IMG/VR virus record: IMGVR_UViG_3300021197_001531
Location: 1 to 57,936 of that record
DNA from: a virus
Taxonomy: Duplodnaviria > Caudoviricetes
DNA: 57,936 nt
Reading direction: 5' to 3' (one strand)
A program made the translations under genes and the position numbers. Each line of letters begins with the position of its first letter. Position 1 is the stretch's first letter. Positions 28,046 through 37,886 of the stretch are shown in pieces. The notes under the pieces are model-generated. The model saw nothing but the letters and a program-made list of their open reading frames with translations. It made no database searches and was not told where the DNA came from.

Positions 28046-29422
28046 ATGCTTGCTATTCAGCGACCCACAGACGGTATCACTCTTCTCAAGAGTGGTAACG
28101 ACTTGGTAGTTGCTGGCTACGCATCGGTTGAACTTGTTGACAAACAAGGTGACCTCATCACTCGTGGTGCTTTGAAGAATGCCTTTGATGGCTTCATGAA
28201 AGGCGAAAAGTACCGAAATGTGCAATTGGCTCACTCCAACATTCAAGTTGGGGAAGTTATTGATTCGTACATTGATTCCAACGGACGCATGTGGAAATCC
28301 GAAACGGATGACACAGGTTTGTTTGTTGTAGTAAAACTCCGCAATGACATTGAGAAGGCTCGTGAAGTAGCCGCTGAAATCCGCAAGGGCAACCTTCGTG
28401 GATTTTCCATTGGAGGGCAAGCATTCAAGCGAGTGCGAAAGTCCGACATGGAAAAAGGCGACTACCAAGAGATTTCAAAAATGGAGTTGCATGAGGTGAC
28501 GATTTGTGAAAAGGGGATTAACCCCGAAGCACAGTTTCGCATTTTGAAGGAGGACACAAACATGAGTGAAGAAAACGATTTGACAGGAATTATGTCACGA
28601 CTTGAAGCCCGACTGGATGCCATGGAAAAGGGAGAATTGCCTCCCCAACTTCGTGAACACATGAAGGGTAAGGGTAGTGATGAAGAAAAGAAACCCGAAA
28701 AAGAAGAAGAAGGTGAAGAAATGAATGAAGAAAAGAAAGAGAACCCCTTTGCAAAGGGAGAATACAGCGATGTTATCTCATCTGAATACTTGAGTTGGAT
28801 GGAAAACACCCTCAAGTCTGCTGGAGTGGACACTGATGGTGCTCGTCACCACTTTGACGCTCTTGAAAAGGCACAACTTGGTGGCTTTGATAACCCCGAT
28901 GCCGTGGACGGTGCTGACTACTTTGCTGGTCAAGTTCGTGGCCGAGGACAAGAAAACGGCACTCCTTCCACCAACGCTATCAGCGCACTCACCTCCAGCG
29001 GCGGTAAAACTCCTGCTGGAGCCATGGGACCGGCTTCGCTTTCCAAGAGTTACATCAACTCCGAAAATGTGAGCGAGTCCGACCTTGAGGCCGCTTACGA
29101 AGTGTACAAAGCCGCCGCACTTGAGCAACATTTCCGCAATGACCTTGAAGGTAACTTTGCTACTCGTTTCAATAGCGAGATGGAAATTGCCAAGGCCGCT
29201 GAAGAAAAGCAACAGTTTGATGCACGAGCACCACTCAGTGAAATCGTGAAATCTATTGAGGCACTTTCGGAGCGCATTGACAACATCGGTACAGGTGAAG
29301 GTATGACCCTCCAAAAGTCAGCCTCTCCTTCCAATATCACTATCCCCTCAACGCAAGACATGGCAAACATGGGCTGGGACGAAGTTCACGCCCTTGCACA
29401 ACGCACAATGCGTGGGGAATGA
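28046..29422 (+). CDS. Prohead maturation protease (HK97/S78-type) fused to a scaffold domain
   Basis: GYASVELVDKQGD, LAHSN (His), GFSIGG (Ser), ELHEVTICEKGINPEA; acidic coiled-coil C-terminal half; directly upstream of the capsid gene. Confidence 0.92.
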   Translation: MLAIQRPTDGITLLKSGNDLVVAGYASVELVDKQGDLITRGALKNAFDGFMKGEKYRNVQLAHSNIQVGEVIDSYIDSNGRMWKSETDDTGLFVVVKLRNDIEKAREVAAEIRKGNLRGFSIGGQAFKRVRKSDMEKGDYQEISKMELHEVTICEKGINPEAQFRILKEDTNMSEENDLTGIMSRLEARLDAMEKGELPPQLREHMKGKGSDEEKKPEKEEEGEEMNEEKKENPFAKGEYSDVISSEYLSWMENTLKSAGVDTDGARHHFDALEKAQLGGFDNPDAVDGADYFAGQVRGRGQENGTPSTNAISALTSSGGKTPAGAMGPASLSKSYINSENVSESDLEAAYEVYKAAALEQHFRNDLEGNFATRFNSEMEIAKAAEEKQQFDARAPLSEIVKSIEALSERIDNIGTGEGMTLQKSASPSNITIPSTQDMANMGWDEVHALAQRTMRGE

Positions 29423-29447
29423 AACACAATAATTGAGGTGAAGAAAA

Positions 29448-30548
29448 ATGGCAAGAGATTACATTAGAAACATTACTGACATGGAACGATACTACTACGG
29501 TGCGGGTAACTCTATGGGTTACTCCTACTCCGGTAGCGAATTGCTCAAGGCTGACGCACCAATGCTGTCCACGACGGCTGGTACTTACCAAGCCATCTAT
29601 GGGCGCAAAGTTTGGAGCCAGTTGAACCAAGAGTTCAACGCCTTCTCTATCCTACCAAAGCGACCTTGGGAGCGAAGTGGATGGCGAGTCATCACTGAGC
29701 GTCCTTCGTTCAGCGTTGGTGGCGGTGTTGCAGAAAACGCAACCCTCCCCGACACCACCAAGCCCACCTTCCAGCACATTGCCGCCAAGCCAAAGACTGT
29801 GGTTCACACCTTTGACATGAGCGAAACCGCAATGTTCTTGTCCGACAAGGACGATGGATTGGGTGACATCCGTGCAATCCTCAAAGAAGAAATGGGTAAG
29901 CACCACGCAGAACATGTGAACAAGATGCTCACAACCGACAAAGGCACTGTTGCAGGGAACGACTTTGAATCCCTTGACCGTGTGACTGTTGGAGCCTCCG
30001 CTTCTTCCAACGAAGACATGTACTCCATTGACCGCAGTGCTAACTCGTGGTCATTGTCCGAGCACAATGAAAACAGTGGTACCGACCGTAACTTGTCCCT
30101 TGACCAACTGGACGACCTGTTCCAAAAGATTTGGACTCGTGGTGGCAACCCCAAGGTCATCTTGACAGGCTACGACACGCTCATGCGCCTTCAGCAACTT
30201 CTCCAGTCGCAACAGCGATTCATGGAAGAGAAGCGTGTTACGCCTACCTACAACGGTGTGAAAGGTGTCCCCGGTATTGAGGCTGGATTCATTGTGGCTA
30301 CCTACAACGGTGTCCCTATCATCCCTTCCAAGGATGTGCAAACCGACACCTTGAGTCGTATGTATTTCCTTGATACAGATTACCTGTACTTCAGCACTGC
30401 AATTCCAACCCAATACTTTGAGAGCGGTATTGAAACTGGTGACCCGTTTGCCATCAACCGCCTCGGACAAGAAGGAATGTACCGTACCATGGGAGAACTA
30501 TGGACGACTTTCTTCGGTGGCCACGGCTCAGTCCGTGACCTCAAGTGA
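29448..30548 (+). CDS. Major capsid protein (HK97 fold)
   Basis: Follows the protease; 366 aa; GGVAENATLP, KTVVHTFDMSE and YNGVPIIPS patterns; biased codon usage; GAGGTGA RBS. Confidence 0.9.
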   Translation: MARDYIRNITDMERYYYGAGNSMGYSYSGSELLKADAPMLSTTAGTYQAIYGRKVWSQLNQEFNAFSILPKRPWERSGWRVITERPSFSVGGGVAENATLPDTTKPTFQHIAAKPKTVVHTFDMSETAMFLSDKDDGLGDIRAILKEEMGKHHAEHVNKMLTTDKGTVAGNDFESLDRVTVGASASSNEDMYSIDRSANSWSLSEHNENSGTDRNLSLDQLDDLFQKIWTRGGNPKVILTGYDTLMRLQQLLQSQQRFMEEKRVTPTYNGVKGVPGIEAGFIVATYNGVPIIPSKDVQTDTLSRMYFLDTDYLYFSTAIPTQYFESGIETGDPFAINRLGQEGMYRTMGELWTTFFGGHGSVRDLK

Positions 30549-30583
30549 GGGTTGCAAAACAAAAAAAATAGGATGTGTAAATT

Positions 30584-31051
30584 ATGGCAACAGAAACAAA
30601 AACGCAAAAAGGCTTGACGATTTCATTTGATGATGCAGATTTCTCCACTGGAACCGTGTCGGTTCTTTTGGACTTGGATATGCGAACAGGAACACCAATT
30701 GACGAAACTGCTTGGTTGGACGGTAACGCTGGTGGGTCATACCCCGGCTCTCTTACCGGTTTCACCGCACAGAACGCTGACGGTAACGCCGCTGGAAGTA
30801 TGCGAATGGTGACCATCGGGTTTACCTTGGCTGACGCCGCTGAGCAAGTGCTGGTTCTTACCGCAGGTGCATCAAAGATTGTCGGTGTGCTTGGTACTAC
30901 TTTTGCGGTGGCTGACAAGGTTCTATCGGCTTCCTTCACCAACACTGGGTTGGCTCCTGCGGCAAAGACTGGTGGCTCAGACCCATCAATCGTTCTTCAC
31001 AGCGAAACTGCTGGCGGTGCCGGAACGGTCACCGTCATATTGCTTAACTGA
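30584..31051 (+). CDS. Putative capsid decoration or minor structural protein
   Basis: G/A/T-rich beta-type composition directly after the capsid gene. Confidence 0.55.
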   Translation: MATETKTQKGLTISFDDADFSTGTVSVLLDLDMRTGTPIDETAWLDGNAGGSYPGSLTGFTAQNADGNAAGSMRMVTIGFTLADAAEQVLVLTAGASKIVGVLGTTFAVADKVLSASFTNTGLAPAAKTGGSDPSIVLHSETAGGAGTVTVILLN

Positions 31052-31061
31052 GTGTGATTAG

Positions 31062-31376
31062 ATGCCAACAGTGACCTTCAAAGGCCCATTCTATGAGCGA
31101 AGGCGACGGGATTCCCCAAAGTCTTGGCTCCGTGAAGAGGTTGTTGAAGTCTCACAAGAGTGGTTGAATGAGTGGCGACATACGCTACCAATCAAACATT
31201 TCCGTATTGAAGGCGATGAAGGAGCCACCGTTGATGGTGGTAATGACGGCATCCCCGACGAAGGCTGGTCACGAAAGGACATCCTTAAGTGGTTGAGCGA
31301 TAACGGAGTTAGCAGGGGTAGTGGGTATCTTACAAAGACCGCCGCCCTTACACTCGTGGAAGAGCATCTAAATTAA
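31062..31376 (+). CDS. Hypothetical protein with a C-terminal HeH/SAP-like motif
   Basis: PDEGWSRKDILKWLSDNGV..TKTAALTLV. Confidence 0.6.
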   Translation: MPTVTFKGPFYERRRRDSPKSWLREEVVEVSQEWLNEWRHTLPIKHFRIEGDEGATVDGGNDGIPDEGWSRKDILKWLSDNGVSRGSGYLTKTAALTLVEEHLN

Positions 31377-31396
31377 ACAGAATAAGGTGATTATTT

Positions 31397-31624
31397 ATGG
31401 CAGTAACAATTGACAATAGACCAACCGTTTTCGGTGACCGCATGATTATAACTGGGAGTACCGATGGTGCAGAAACCATTGACCTCGCTTCTTTCCTTTC
31501 GGAAATTGACGGGGCTATGGTGAACGCCATTACTACCGCCGCAACCGTGACTCACGCTATTGATGGAACGGACCTCAAAGTTGGCGGGGCTTGCACTTTC
31601 GTAGCCATGGGTCGCCGTTCTTGA
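31397..31624 (+). CDS. Small structural protein (hypothetical)
   Basis: AGGTGA RBS; 75 aa with beta-type composition. Confidence 0.65.
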   Translation: MAVTIDNRPTVFGDRMIITGSTDGAETIDLASFLSEIDGAMVNAITTAATVTHAIDGTDLKVGGACTFVAMGRRS

Positions 31625-31635
31625 GGTGATTCCTC

Positions 31636-31818
31636 GTGGCGGTAAGTCCAGTTGTGACGATTCTCGGTCCTTACTCCCCAAAGGAGTTTAGCGACATTAG
31701 TACACTTAGCACATTGGTTTCAACTGAGGCTATATCACTTGTAGGCACCACGCTGATTTCGGCTGAACCGATTACCGTTCTCGGTAATGTGTTCATCGTT
31801 TTTACCACCGTGCCTTGA
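31636..31818 (+). CDS. Small hypothetical protein
   Basis: GAGGTGA RBS, GTG start, fills the gap between genes. Confidence 0.55.
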   Translation: MAVSPVVTILGPYSPKEFSDISTLSTLVSTEAISLVGTTLISAEPITVLGNVFIVFTTVP

Positions 31819-31827
31819 GGTGGTTAA

Positions 31828-32127
31828 GTGGCTTTTGATGTGCGAAATATAGACTTGAGCGACATTACTCGTGCTGGTAAGCAGGACCGTAAGGCAGACT
31901 TCCAATACGGTAGCGATGTGGTTACGAATACAGAAGGCCCACTTGAGGGCATTACGCAATCGCAACGCAAGCGCAATCAAGAAATAGGTGATGTGCTTAA
32001 CATCGGAGCAGGTACACGCTGTATTCATTGCGGGTTTCTCCACTTTCTGTGGAGGGCCACTTGTGGGGCTTGCGAGAAACCAATGGAATACAATATGGGA
32101 CATCGTGACGAAAAGAAGAGGTTGTGA
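31828..32127 (+). CDS. Zinc-ribbon protein
   Basis: CIHCG..CGAC; GAGGTGG RBS. Confidence 0.68.
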   Translation: MAFDVRNIDLSDITRAGKQDRKADFQYGSDVVTNTEGPLEGITQSQRKRNQEIGDVLNIGAGTRCIHCGFLHFLWRATCGACEKPMEYNMGHRDEKKRL

Positions 32128-33074
32128 ATATGAAAGTTCTAATTAAGGCAATGAGGCCACACCGACAAAAGGTTCTCACAGAAGATGGCGAAGAAATGCG
32201 CCTTCAACAGTGGGCTAACAAAGCGGCCAGTTCTGCACTTCGTCGTGCAGGTGGGGATGCAAACGGTGAGCAATTTACTCAAGCCCGTGAAGCCCTCATG
32301 CGTGAGGCTGTAGCCAACCCCGACGAGCATGGACTCAAGTTCATGGGCGAGCGTATGCCCTTTGATGGGCAAGAATTGGAAGAGTCGCTGAGCGAACCCG
32401 ATGTTGAGGGCGAGCAAGGCCCGGAGTCCGGCCCCGATGAATGGATGGGAGATGAATCTCCCGAACATTTTGAAAACTTAAGAGAACAAAAAGGCGTTAA
32501 ACAATTTGAACAATTGAGGGGCGGAAATCTCTTTGACGAGCAGGGCAAACTTCGCCAAACGCTTCCGCAAGGTGAAGAAAAGGAAGAGGAGTTTGACCCC
32601 GATGCCGAGGCTGAACACCTCCGCCGTATCATGACCTCTCGTGATGTTGCTATGCGTGATGCTTGGTCCGTGTTGAAGAATGTACCTTCGTGTCAAGTTT
32701 GCCAAGGAGAGTTGAACAGTGCGCCCGATGGAGAAGGTATGGTGTGTCAAAACGCAAATTGTCCAGCAGTTATGATGAGGCAAGATGCAAAACAACCACC
32801 AAAACTCCGTTTCCCCGCACAAATGTTCCCGACTGGTGGCTTTAAAAATCTTGAAGAAATGACTCAAAACGCTCGTAACAATCGTGATTATTCAAGGGAT
32901 ATGTACTCAAAGAGCGTGTTGAAAAATGATTTCTTTAATCCACAGAAAGTACCGTGTGCTAAATGCGGAAGGCCGACTGAACCAATGATGTATTATGGCT
33001 CTAATGAAATGGGGCCACAGCACAACACTCTTTGCGAAGAATGTGAAGACAACACAATGATGGAAGACCAGTGA
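32124..33074 (+). CDS. Modular protein: acidic domain plus two zinc-ribbon modules, each preceded by an SVLKN site
   Basis: KVLIKA leader; AMRDAWSVLK (32649-32678) then CQVC..CQNANC; SKSVLK then CAKC..CEEC. Confidence 0.72.
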   Translation: MNMKVLIKAMRPHRQKVLTEDGEEMRLQQWANKAASSALRRAGGDANGEQFTQAREALMREAVANPDEHGLKFMGERMPFDGQELEESLSEPDVEGEQGPESGPDEWMGDESPEHFENLREQKGVKQFEQLRGGNLFDEQGKLRQTLPQGEEKEEEFDPDAEAEHLRRIMTSRDVAMRDAWSVLKNVPSCQVCQGELNSAPDGEGMVCQNANCPAVMMRQDAKQPPKLRFPAQMFPTGGFKNLEEMTQNARNNRDYSRDMYSKSVLKNDFFNPQKVPCAKCGRPTEPMMYYGSNEMGPQHNTLCEECEDNTMMEDQ

Positions 33075-33087
33075 GGGAGGGTAATGT

Positions 33088-34692
33088 ATGCCAGTAGTGT
33101 TCAGTCCCGGTGAGCCGGAAACCCGGCCTCTTGACCCATCTGCTGTTGTATATTGCACCGCTCAACAAGTCGCTGACCTACTGGACATCGGCCCACAAGA
33201 CGCTATCCTCATGAGTGCTGACGCTGACACGGATGCTGTGTATGTCACAGGCAACGAGTACCGTCAAGTAGGCTTTAGCAAAGGCGACAAAATCCGTGTG
33301 TACAGCGATGCTGACCCACTGGGTGAAGAGGAGTTGACTATCACCGCCATTGGTAAAGGAACTGGTGACAAATCCGGGCATGTCAAAATCTCATTTAGTG
33401 GAGCCTCATTGACCGCTACAGACTACGAGGTGGCCGATAACGGGTATGTGCAGAACAAGGCATCGTTCACCAACGGTCGTGTTCGTGGTGTGACCAAAGA
33501 TAAGGTGGAGCATGTTATCCTCAAGATGCAAGACCGCATTGACAACATGACTCGTAACGCTTGGCGACCTTACTTGGTGGCCGCTGAATACATCAATTTT
33601 GACACTTACAAGCCATACCGAAGGCGATACTACACCGATTATGTTGGTACCAGCCCACTCCTTTTCCGCAACATTCAGCAAGTTCTTCGTCTTGAACTAT
33701 GGCAAGGTGATGATTACCGTGAAATCGGTGCCGCTGAATGCCGCATCAAATTCAACGATGTAACTTCCCTTTCATCAGCAAGTATTTACATGTCTCCGGG
33801 CAACGGTAGTGTAGCAACGCTCGCACAAGGCACAGGTACAGGGCAATGGCGTGATGATTTTGACGCTACTACTGTCGCTCAAAACCTCGCTGACCTCATC
33901 AACAAGGAAAATAGGGTGGACAAGACGGCTGTGAACTTTCTCTTTACTCCAACTGATGCAACCACCACATTTACCTTGGAGGGTAGCACAAACGCCGTAG
34001 CGGTTCACAACGAGTTCTTGGCTTCAGCCAACAGTGACCTTGGTACTGGTGTAGTGAAAGTTACTTCTATGCGTCCTGTCAAGGCCGGTGAGGTGTGTAG
34101 CATTGTCAGCACTTCAAGCGATATTGAACTTGACCAAATGCAAAACAACAGCACGACATTTTCAAGCCTTGACGGTACTACAATCAATGTAGCATCAACA
34201 GAAGGCTTCGTAAACGCTGGTGTAGCGATAGATGCAAGCGGTGATGTATTCCGATACACAGGAAAGACCGCTACCTCCTTTACAGGGTGTGTGGCTGTTA
34301 CTGGTGATGATTTAACAGGTATCACTGGTGCGATTACGCAGAAGTCTTTCCTCGTTGACTTGCAGGGTGGTAGTGGTAGCGGCGATGTGGGTCGTTTGCG
34401 AGACTGGTGGATTGACCATGAAATGGGAATCATTTACTTCAACAACTCTTATCCATTCTTTGAGTGGAATGCTATCAAAGTGGCTTACATTTACGGTGAG
34501 CGATATGTGGAGAAAGCCATTGAAGACATTTGCACGAAGATGGTAGCCATTGAGTTGTTGATGGCTGACGACCGTAGTGTGTTGATTCCCGAAGGCACAC
34601 AGAACATTGACCTCGCCAGTAAGGTGCAACTGTACCAAGCCGAGATTGAGCGAACACTACCAAAATACATTGAGATGGTGGTGTTTGAGTGA
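33088..34692 (+). CDS. Head-tail adaptor/neck protein with inserted beta domains
   Basis: YCTAQQVA N-terminus, RIDNMTRNAW, IKVAYIYG..KAIEDICTKMVA pattern typical of gp6/gp15-like adaptors; position after the capsid genes. Confidence 0.65.
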   Translation: MPVVFSPGEPETRPLDPSAVVYCTAQQVADLLDIGPQDAILMSADADTDAVYVTGNEYRQVGFSKGDKIRVYSDADPLGEEELTITAIGKGTGDKSGHVKISFSGASLTATDYEVADNGYVQNKASFTNGRVRGVTKDKVEHVILKMQDRIDNMTRNAWRPYLVAAEYINFDTYKPYRRRYYTDYVGTSPLLFRNIQQVLRLELWQGDDYREIGAAECRIKFNDVTSLSSASIYMSPGNGSVATLAQGTGTGQWRDDFDATTVAQNLADLINKENRVDKTAVNFLFTPTDATTTFTLEGSTNAVAVHNEFLASANSDLGTGVVKVTSMRPVKAGEVCSIVSTSSDIELDQMQNNSTTFSSLDGTTINVASTEGFVNAGVAIDASGDVFRYTGKTATSFTGCVAVTGDDLTGITGAITQKSFLVDLQGGSGSGDVGRLRDWWIDHEMGIIYFNNSYPFFEWNAIKVAYIYGERYVEKAIEDICTKMVAIELLMADDRSVLIPEGTQNIDLASKVQLYQAEIERTLPKYIEMVVFE

Positions 34693-35057
34693 ATCAGCGT
34701 GACTTCAACAAGCAGGGTGAAACAATTCATCAGCGTATGATTGAAGAGATATTCAAGAAAGACAAGAACATGCAGGCGCAGTTTCGTGAGCAATTCACAA
34801 CTCAGCCTGCCGCTTTTCGTGAACAAATGGAGCGTATTGAGGCTGGTGCTAAGGGCTTCGCCATGCAAGACGGTGTAGCCATCAGCAACAAGACTGGCGA
34901 GCCAGCCAGTGAAGTAGAGAACAAACTCATTCAAGATGCTACGGACAAGGCCATGATGCGTCAAAATCCCAACCTTGAGCGGTACAACATGCGTTATGAC
35001 AACGGCTTCTTTATCCCCATTGACTTCAAGAAAATCATTGAGAAAGAGGGGCTATAA
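34689..35057 (+). CDS. Hypothetical neck-region protein
   Basis: 122-aa ORF coupled to both neighbours. Confidence 0.65.
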   Translation: MNQRDFNKQGETIHQRMIEEIFKKDKNMQAQFREQFTTQPAAFREQMERIEAGAKGFAMQDGVAISNKTGEPASEVENKLIQDATDKAMMRQNPNLERYNMRYDNGFFIPIDFKKIIEKEGL

Positions 35058-35506
35058 TGACCGCTACATGGACAGAAGGGCTTGACGCTCTTATCAACCT
35101 CTTTCAGTCCGATTGGAACCGTGGTAACACCAGTAATTACCGCCCCGTTGTACTTGATATTGCTGATACTTCAGCCGAGAAAGGAAAGCGTCTTGACTTG
35201 GACAAACACGATTATGTCCTGCTGTACGAGACAGCCCACAACGAGGAAGCACCCGAACTTTTTTACGACTTTGTGACGACACGCATAAATATAACAGTTG
35301 ATGTGAGAACAGTTAAGGGGCGCAAGCATTTACAAGCCCTTGAGAATGAAATTCGGAGGGTGGTACATACGAAAAGAAAAGGAGATGGTACTAACTTTGA
35401 CCGTCTTGTATTCAAAACTCGCACTGACCTCAGTGACCGAAGCAAATTCCTTTTCCGTATGACATTCCAAATTGAAGTCGTAATTTTAGCGGAACTGATA
35501 CCATAG
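35057..35506 (+). CDS. Putative tail completion/terminator protein
   Basis: 149 aa directly before the tail tube; alternating beta pattern INITVDVRT and FRMTFQIEV. Confidence 0.6.
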   Translation: MTATWTEGLDALINLFQSDWNRGNTSNYRPVVLDIADTSAEKGKRLDLDKHDYVLLYETAHNEEAPELFYDFVTTRINITVDVRTVKGRKHLQALENEIRRVVHTKRKGDGTNFDRLVFKTRTDLSDRSKFLFRMTFQIEVVILAELIP

Positions 35507-35516
35507 GTGAATTAAG

Positions 35517-37397
35517 ATGCCATCAACAGTGTACAAGGGCGATTTGGCGGAGGTCTCCTTCGCTCCCGAAGTTGGAATAAGTATCGTATGCGCTTCGGGC
35601 AGTGATGGAACATTTGTCCTTTCACACCCCGCCGCTGGCGACCACTCAAAATTGGTGTTCACAGGTGCAAACTCCGTGTTGTTTGACACCAATGATTTGC
35701 GATACCCCGATGGAATGCTGGTTGGCTCTCAAGCAAAGTTCACCCGAAGTTCGGGGTCTGCTATTGCAAATGGCGACTTAGACCGTGTGTTCACCATCGT
35801 GGGTAATGACGGGCCAAACTTGTACTTGTCTCCTAAAATGCTCACAGGAGCGGCTACAATCAACGATGCGAATGTCACTCTTCACATCCTACCCTACAAA
35901 ACCGCCCCTCTTGATGTATCAATGACTCAAGGTGCTAACAGCGAGTCTGTTTTGACTGACCAATTCCTCGGTATCGCTAACGCTCTTACCCTCCCCGAAA
36001 CCAAAATGGACTTGAAGCGATTCCATGTTGTTGGTCTTGGCCGAGATACCAGCGTGCAAGTGCCGGGTAAGTTCATCACCGAAGGTGGCTCGTTTGAGGT
36101 TGCTATGCACAGTGCCCGATGGCTCAAATACTGTCTCGGCGGTGAAGTGGTGACCAACGGTAGTGCTTCCGATGTCAATACCACTACTGCCGCAGATACG
36201 GAAGAAGGGCAAAGTTTCATCACCGTTGCATCAGCAAGTGGATTTGCAAAGGATGAGTATGTCATCATTCAAGACACAACCTATGTCCCGGTGACAACCA
36301 CTCATGATGCTGACATTAGTGATGCCAATTTGCAGTGGGATGGTACTTTCACTGATACACGATTTGACACGGCTCTTCGCAGTGAGGCTCGCCGCATTAT
36401 CGGTGTTGATGGAACCAAGATTTACTTGGATGAACCTCTTCAATACCCTCACGCTTCCGGCTCAACCGTACAATTGAGGGAATACGGCACAAACGCCGCC
36501 GACCGAAACGCTCCACTTGTTACCGTGTCGGGTAGTACAGCAACAATTACTGATGCACAAACTCACCTTCTCTTTACCAACACCTATCAGCCATCATTCA
36601 GCCTTGAGGTGTCGCAACGCCGCCGAAATGTGGACTCCAATGAAGGAGCCGTTGACGGTGGCCCTACTGACTCTAAGGAATTGACTCGTGTATTCCGTGG
36701 ATGCAAAGTCACTGACTTTACCATGACCACTGACAACGATGCCGCCCTTCGTTTGGCTGTAAATTTTAACTCAGCCTTGTGCTACACAGACACGGCTCGT
36801 TTGAATGGTAACCCTTCAAAATACGCCGCACATCGCATGTTTGACGACACTGCTAACACGGACACCAACAGGTACATTTCGGGTATCGCACCCTGTACTC
36901 AAAAGCCATTCATGTTTTACAACGGTACAATTAACATCGCAGGTGTACAAGCGGCACAAGTATTGAACTTTTCACTAAGTGGACAAACAGGCATGCAAGC
37001 ATTCCACACCATCGGAGGCCAAAGTAGTATCAACACGGCTACCGAGCAAGTTCCATTCGGCGGCTCTCGCAACACGAACATCATGGTTGAAGGACAGACT
37101 TCCTACGAGATGACCATGGAAATTGGTGTGGATGACCCCTTGTTTTATCACAAAATGCGCTCAGCCACCGAGTTCAACAGTAGCAAGGAAGGAGATGCTG
37201 ACAATCAAATTCGTATTGACTTTGAAAAGACGACCACCGAGGGTGAAACAGAACGCATGATGCTCATTATTGATGACTACTACATCGTTGAGGCACCACT
37301 GCAAATCCCCGAAGATAAGGGTATGGTGAAGTCAACACTCAAAATCATGCCAAAAGCCATCAAGGTCATCGCACGAGATACCATCATCAAATACTGA
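35517..37397 (+). CDS. Major tail (tube) protein with inserted domains
   Basis: GGSFEVAM..WLKYCLG, SFSLEV, RVFRGCKVTDFTM and PFMFYNGTI patterns; followed by chaperone and tape-measure genes; no sheath gene seen. Confidence 0.7.
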   Translation: MPSTVYKGDLAEVSFAPEVGISIVCASGSDGTFVLSHPAAGDHSKLVFTGANSVLFDTNDLRYPDGMLVGSQAKFTRSSGSAIANGDLDRVFTIVGNDGPNLYLSPKMLTGAATINDANVTLHILPYKTAPLDVSMTQGANSESVLTDQFLGIANALTLPETKMDLKRFHVVGLGRDTSVQVPGKFITEGGSFEVAMHSARWLKYCLGGEVVTNGSASDVNTTTAADTEEGQSFITVASASGFAKDEYVIIQDTTYVPVTTTHDADISDANLQWDGTFTDTRFDTALRSEARRIIGVDGTKIYLDEPLQYPHASGSTVQLREYGTNAADRNAPLVTVSGSTATITDAQTHLLFTNTYQPSFSLEVSQRRRNVDSNEGAVDGGPTDSKELTRVFRGCKVTDFTMTTDNDAALRLAVNFNSALCYTDTARLNGNPSKYAAHRMFDDTANTDTNRYISGIAPCTQKPFMFYNGTINIAGVQAAQVLNFSLSGQTGMQAFHTIGGQSSINTATEQVPFGGSRNTNIMVEGQTSYEMTMEIGVDDPLFYHKMRSATEFNSSKEGDADNQIRIDFEKTTTEGETERMMLIIDDYYIVEAPLQIPEDKGMVKSTLKIMPKAIKVIARDTIIKY

Positions 37398-37406
37398 GGG
37401 TTTGAA

Positions 37407-37886
37407 ATGAAAACTTCACTTCAACAATACCGTCGCATGGGACCAGCCGCCTACGCTCGTTGGTTGTGTGAAATTAACGATGTGGAGTTCAGCGAAGACA
37501 TGTTGGAACTTATGAATAACCACGCCCTTCACGCTCGTGTTGAAGGTATGCTGGTGCCTGTTCAAGAAGAGCCAGCATCGCTGGTAGAAGAAGAGGTCGT
37601 CAATCCCTTCCCTGCTGACCTACAAGAATACGATTCACTAACCGTCGCTGAACTGCGTGCGCTATGCAAAGAGCGTGGCCTGCCTGTGTACGGTACCAAG
37701 GCCGAAATCATCCTGCGACTTAAGCAGAATGAAGAAGTTACAATCCCCGAAGAGGAACCCGAAAGCCCCGCAGAAGCGGCCCTTGAAGGTGACTCGGAAG
37801 CCCCTACCGAAGAGGTAGCCGCATCCAATGGAGTGGAAACAAATGAAAACAGTGATAACCAACAAAAGCCTGCTACTGAAGAATGA
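37407..37886 (+). CDS. SAP-domain protein with an acidic tail
   Basis: YDSLTVAELRALCKERGLPVYGTKAEIILRL is a canonical SAP motif. Confidence 0.82.
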   Translation: MKTSLQQYRRMGPAAYARWLCEINDVEFSEDMLELMNNHALHARVEGMLVPVQEEPASLVEEEVVNPFPADLQEYDSLTVAELRALCKERGLPVYGTKAEIILRLKQNEEVTIPEEEPESPAEAALEGDSEAPTEEVAASNGVETNENSDNQQKPATEE

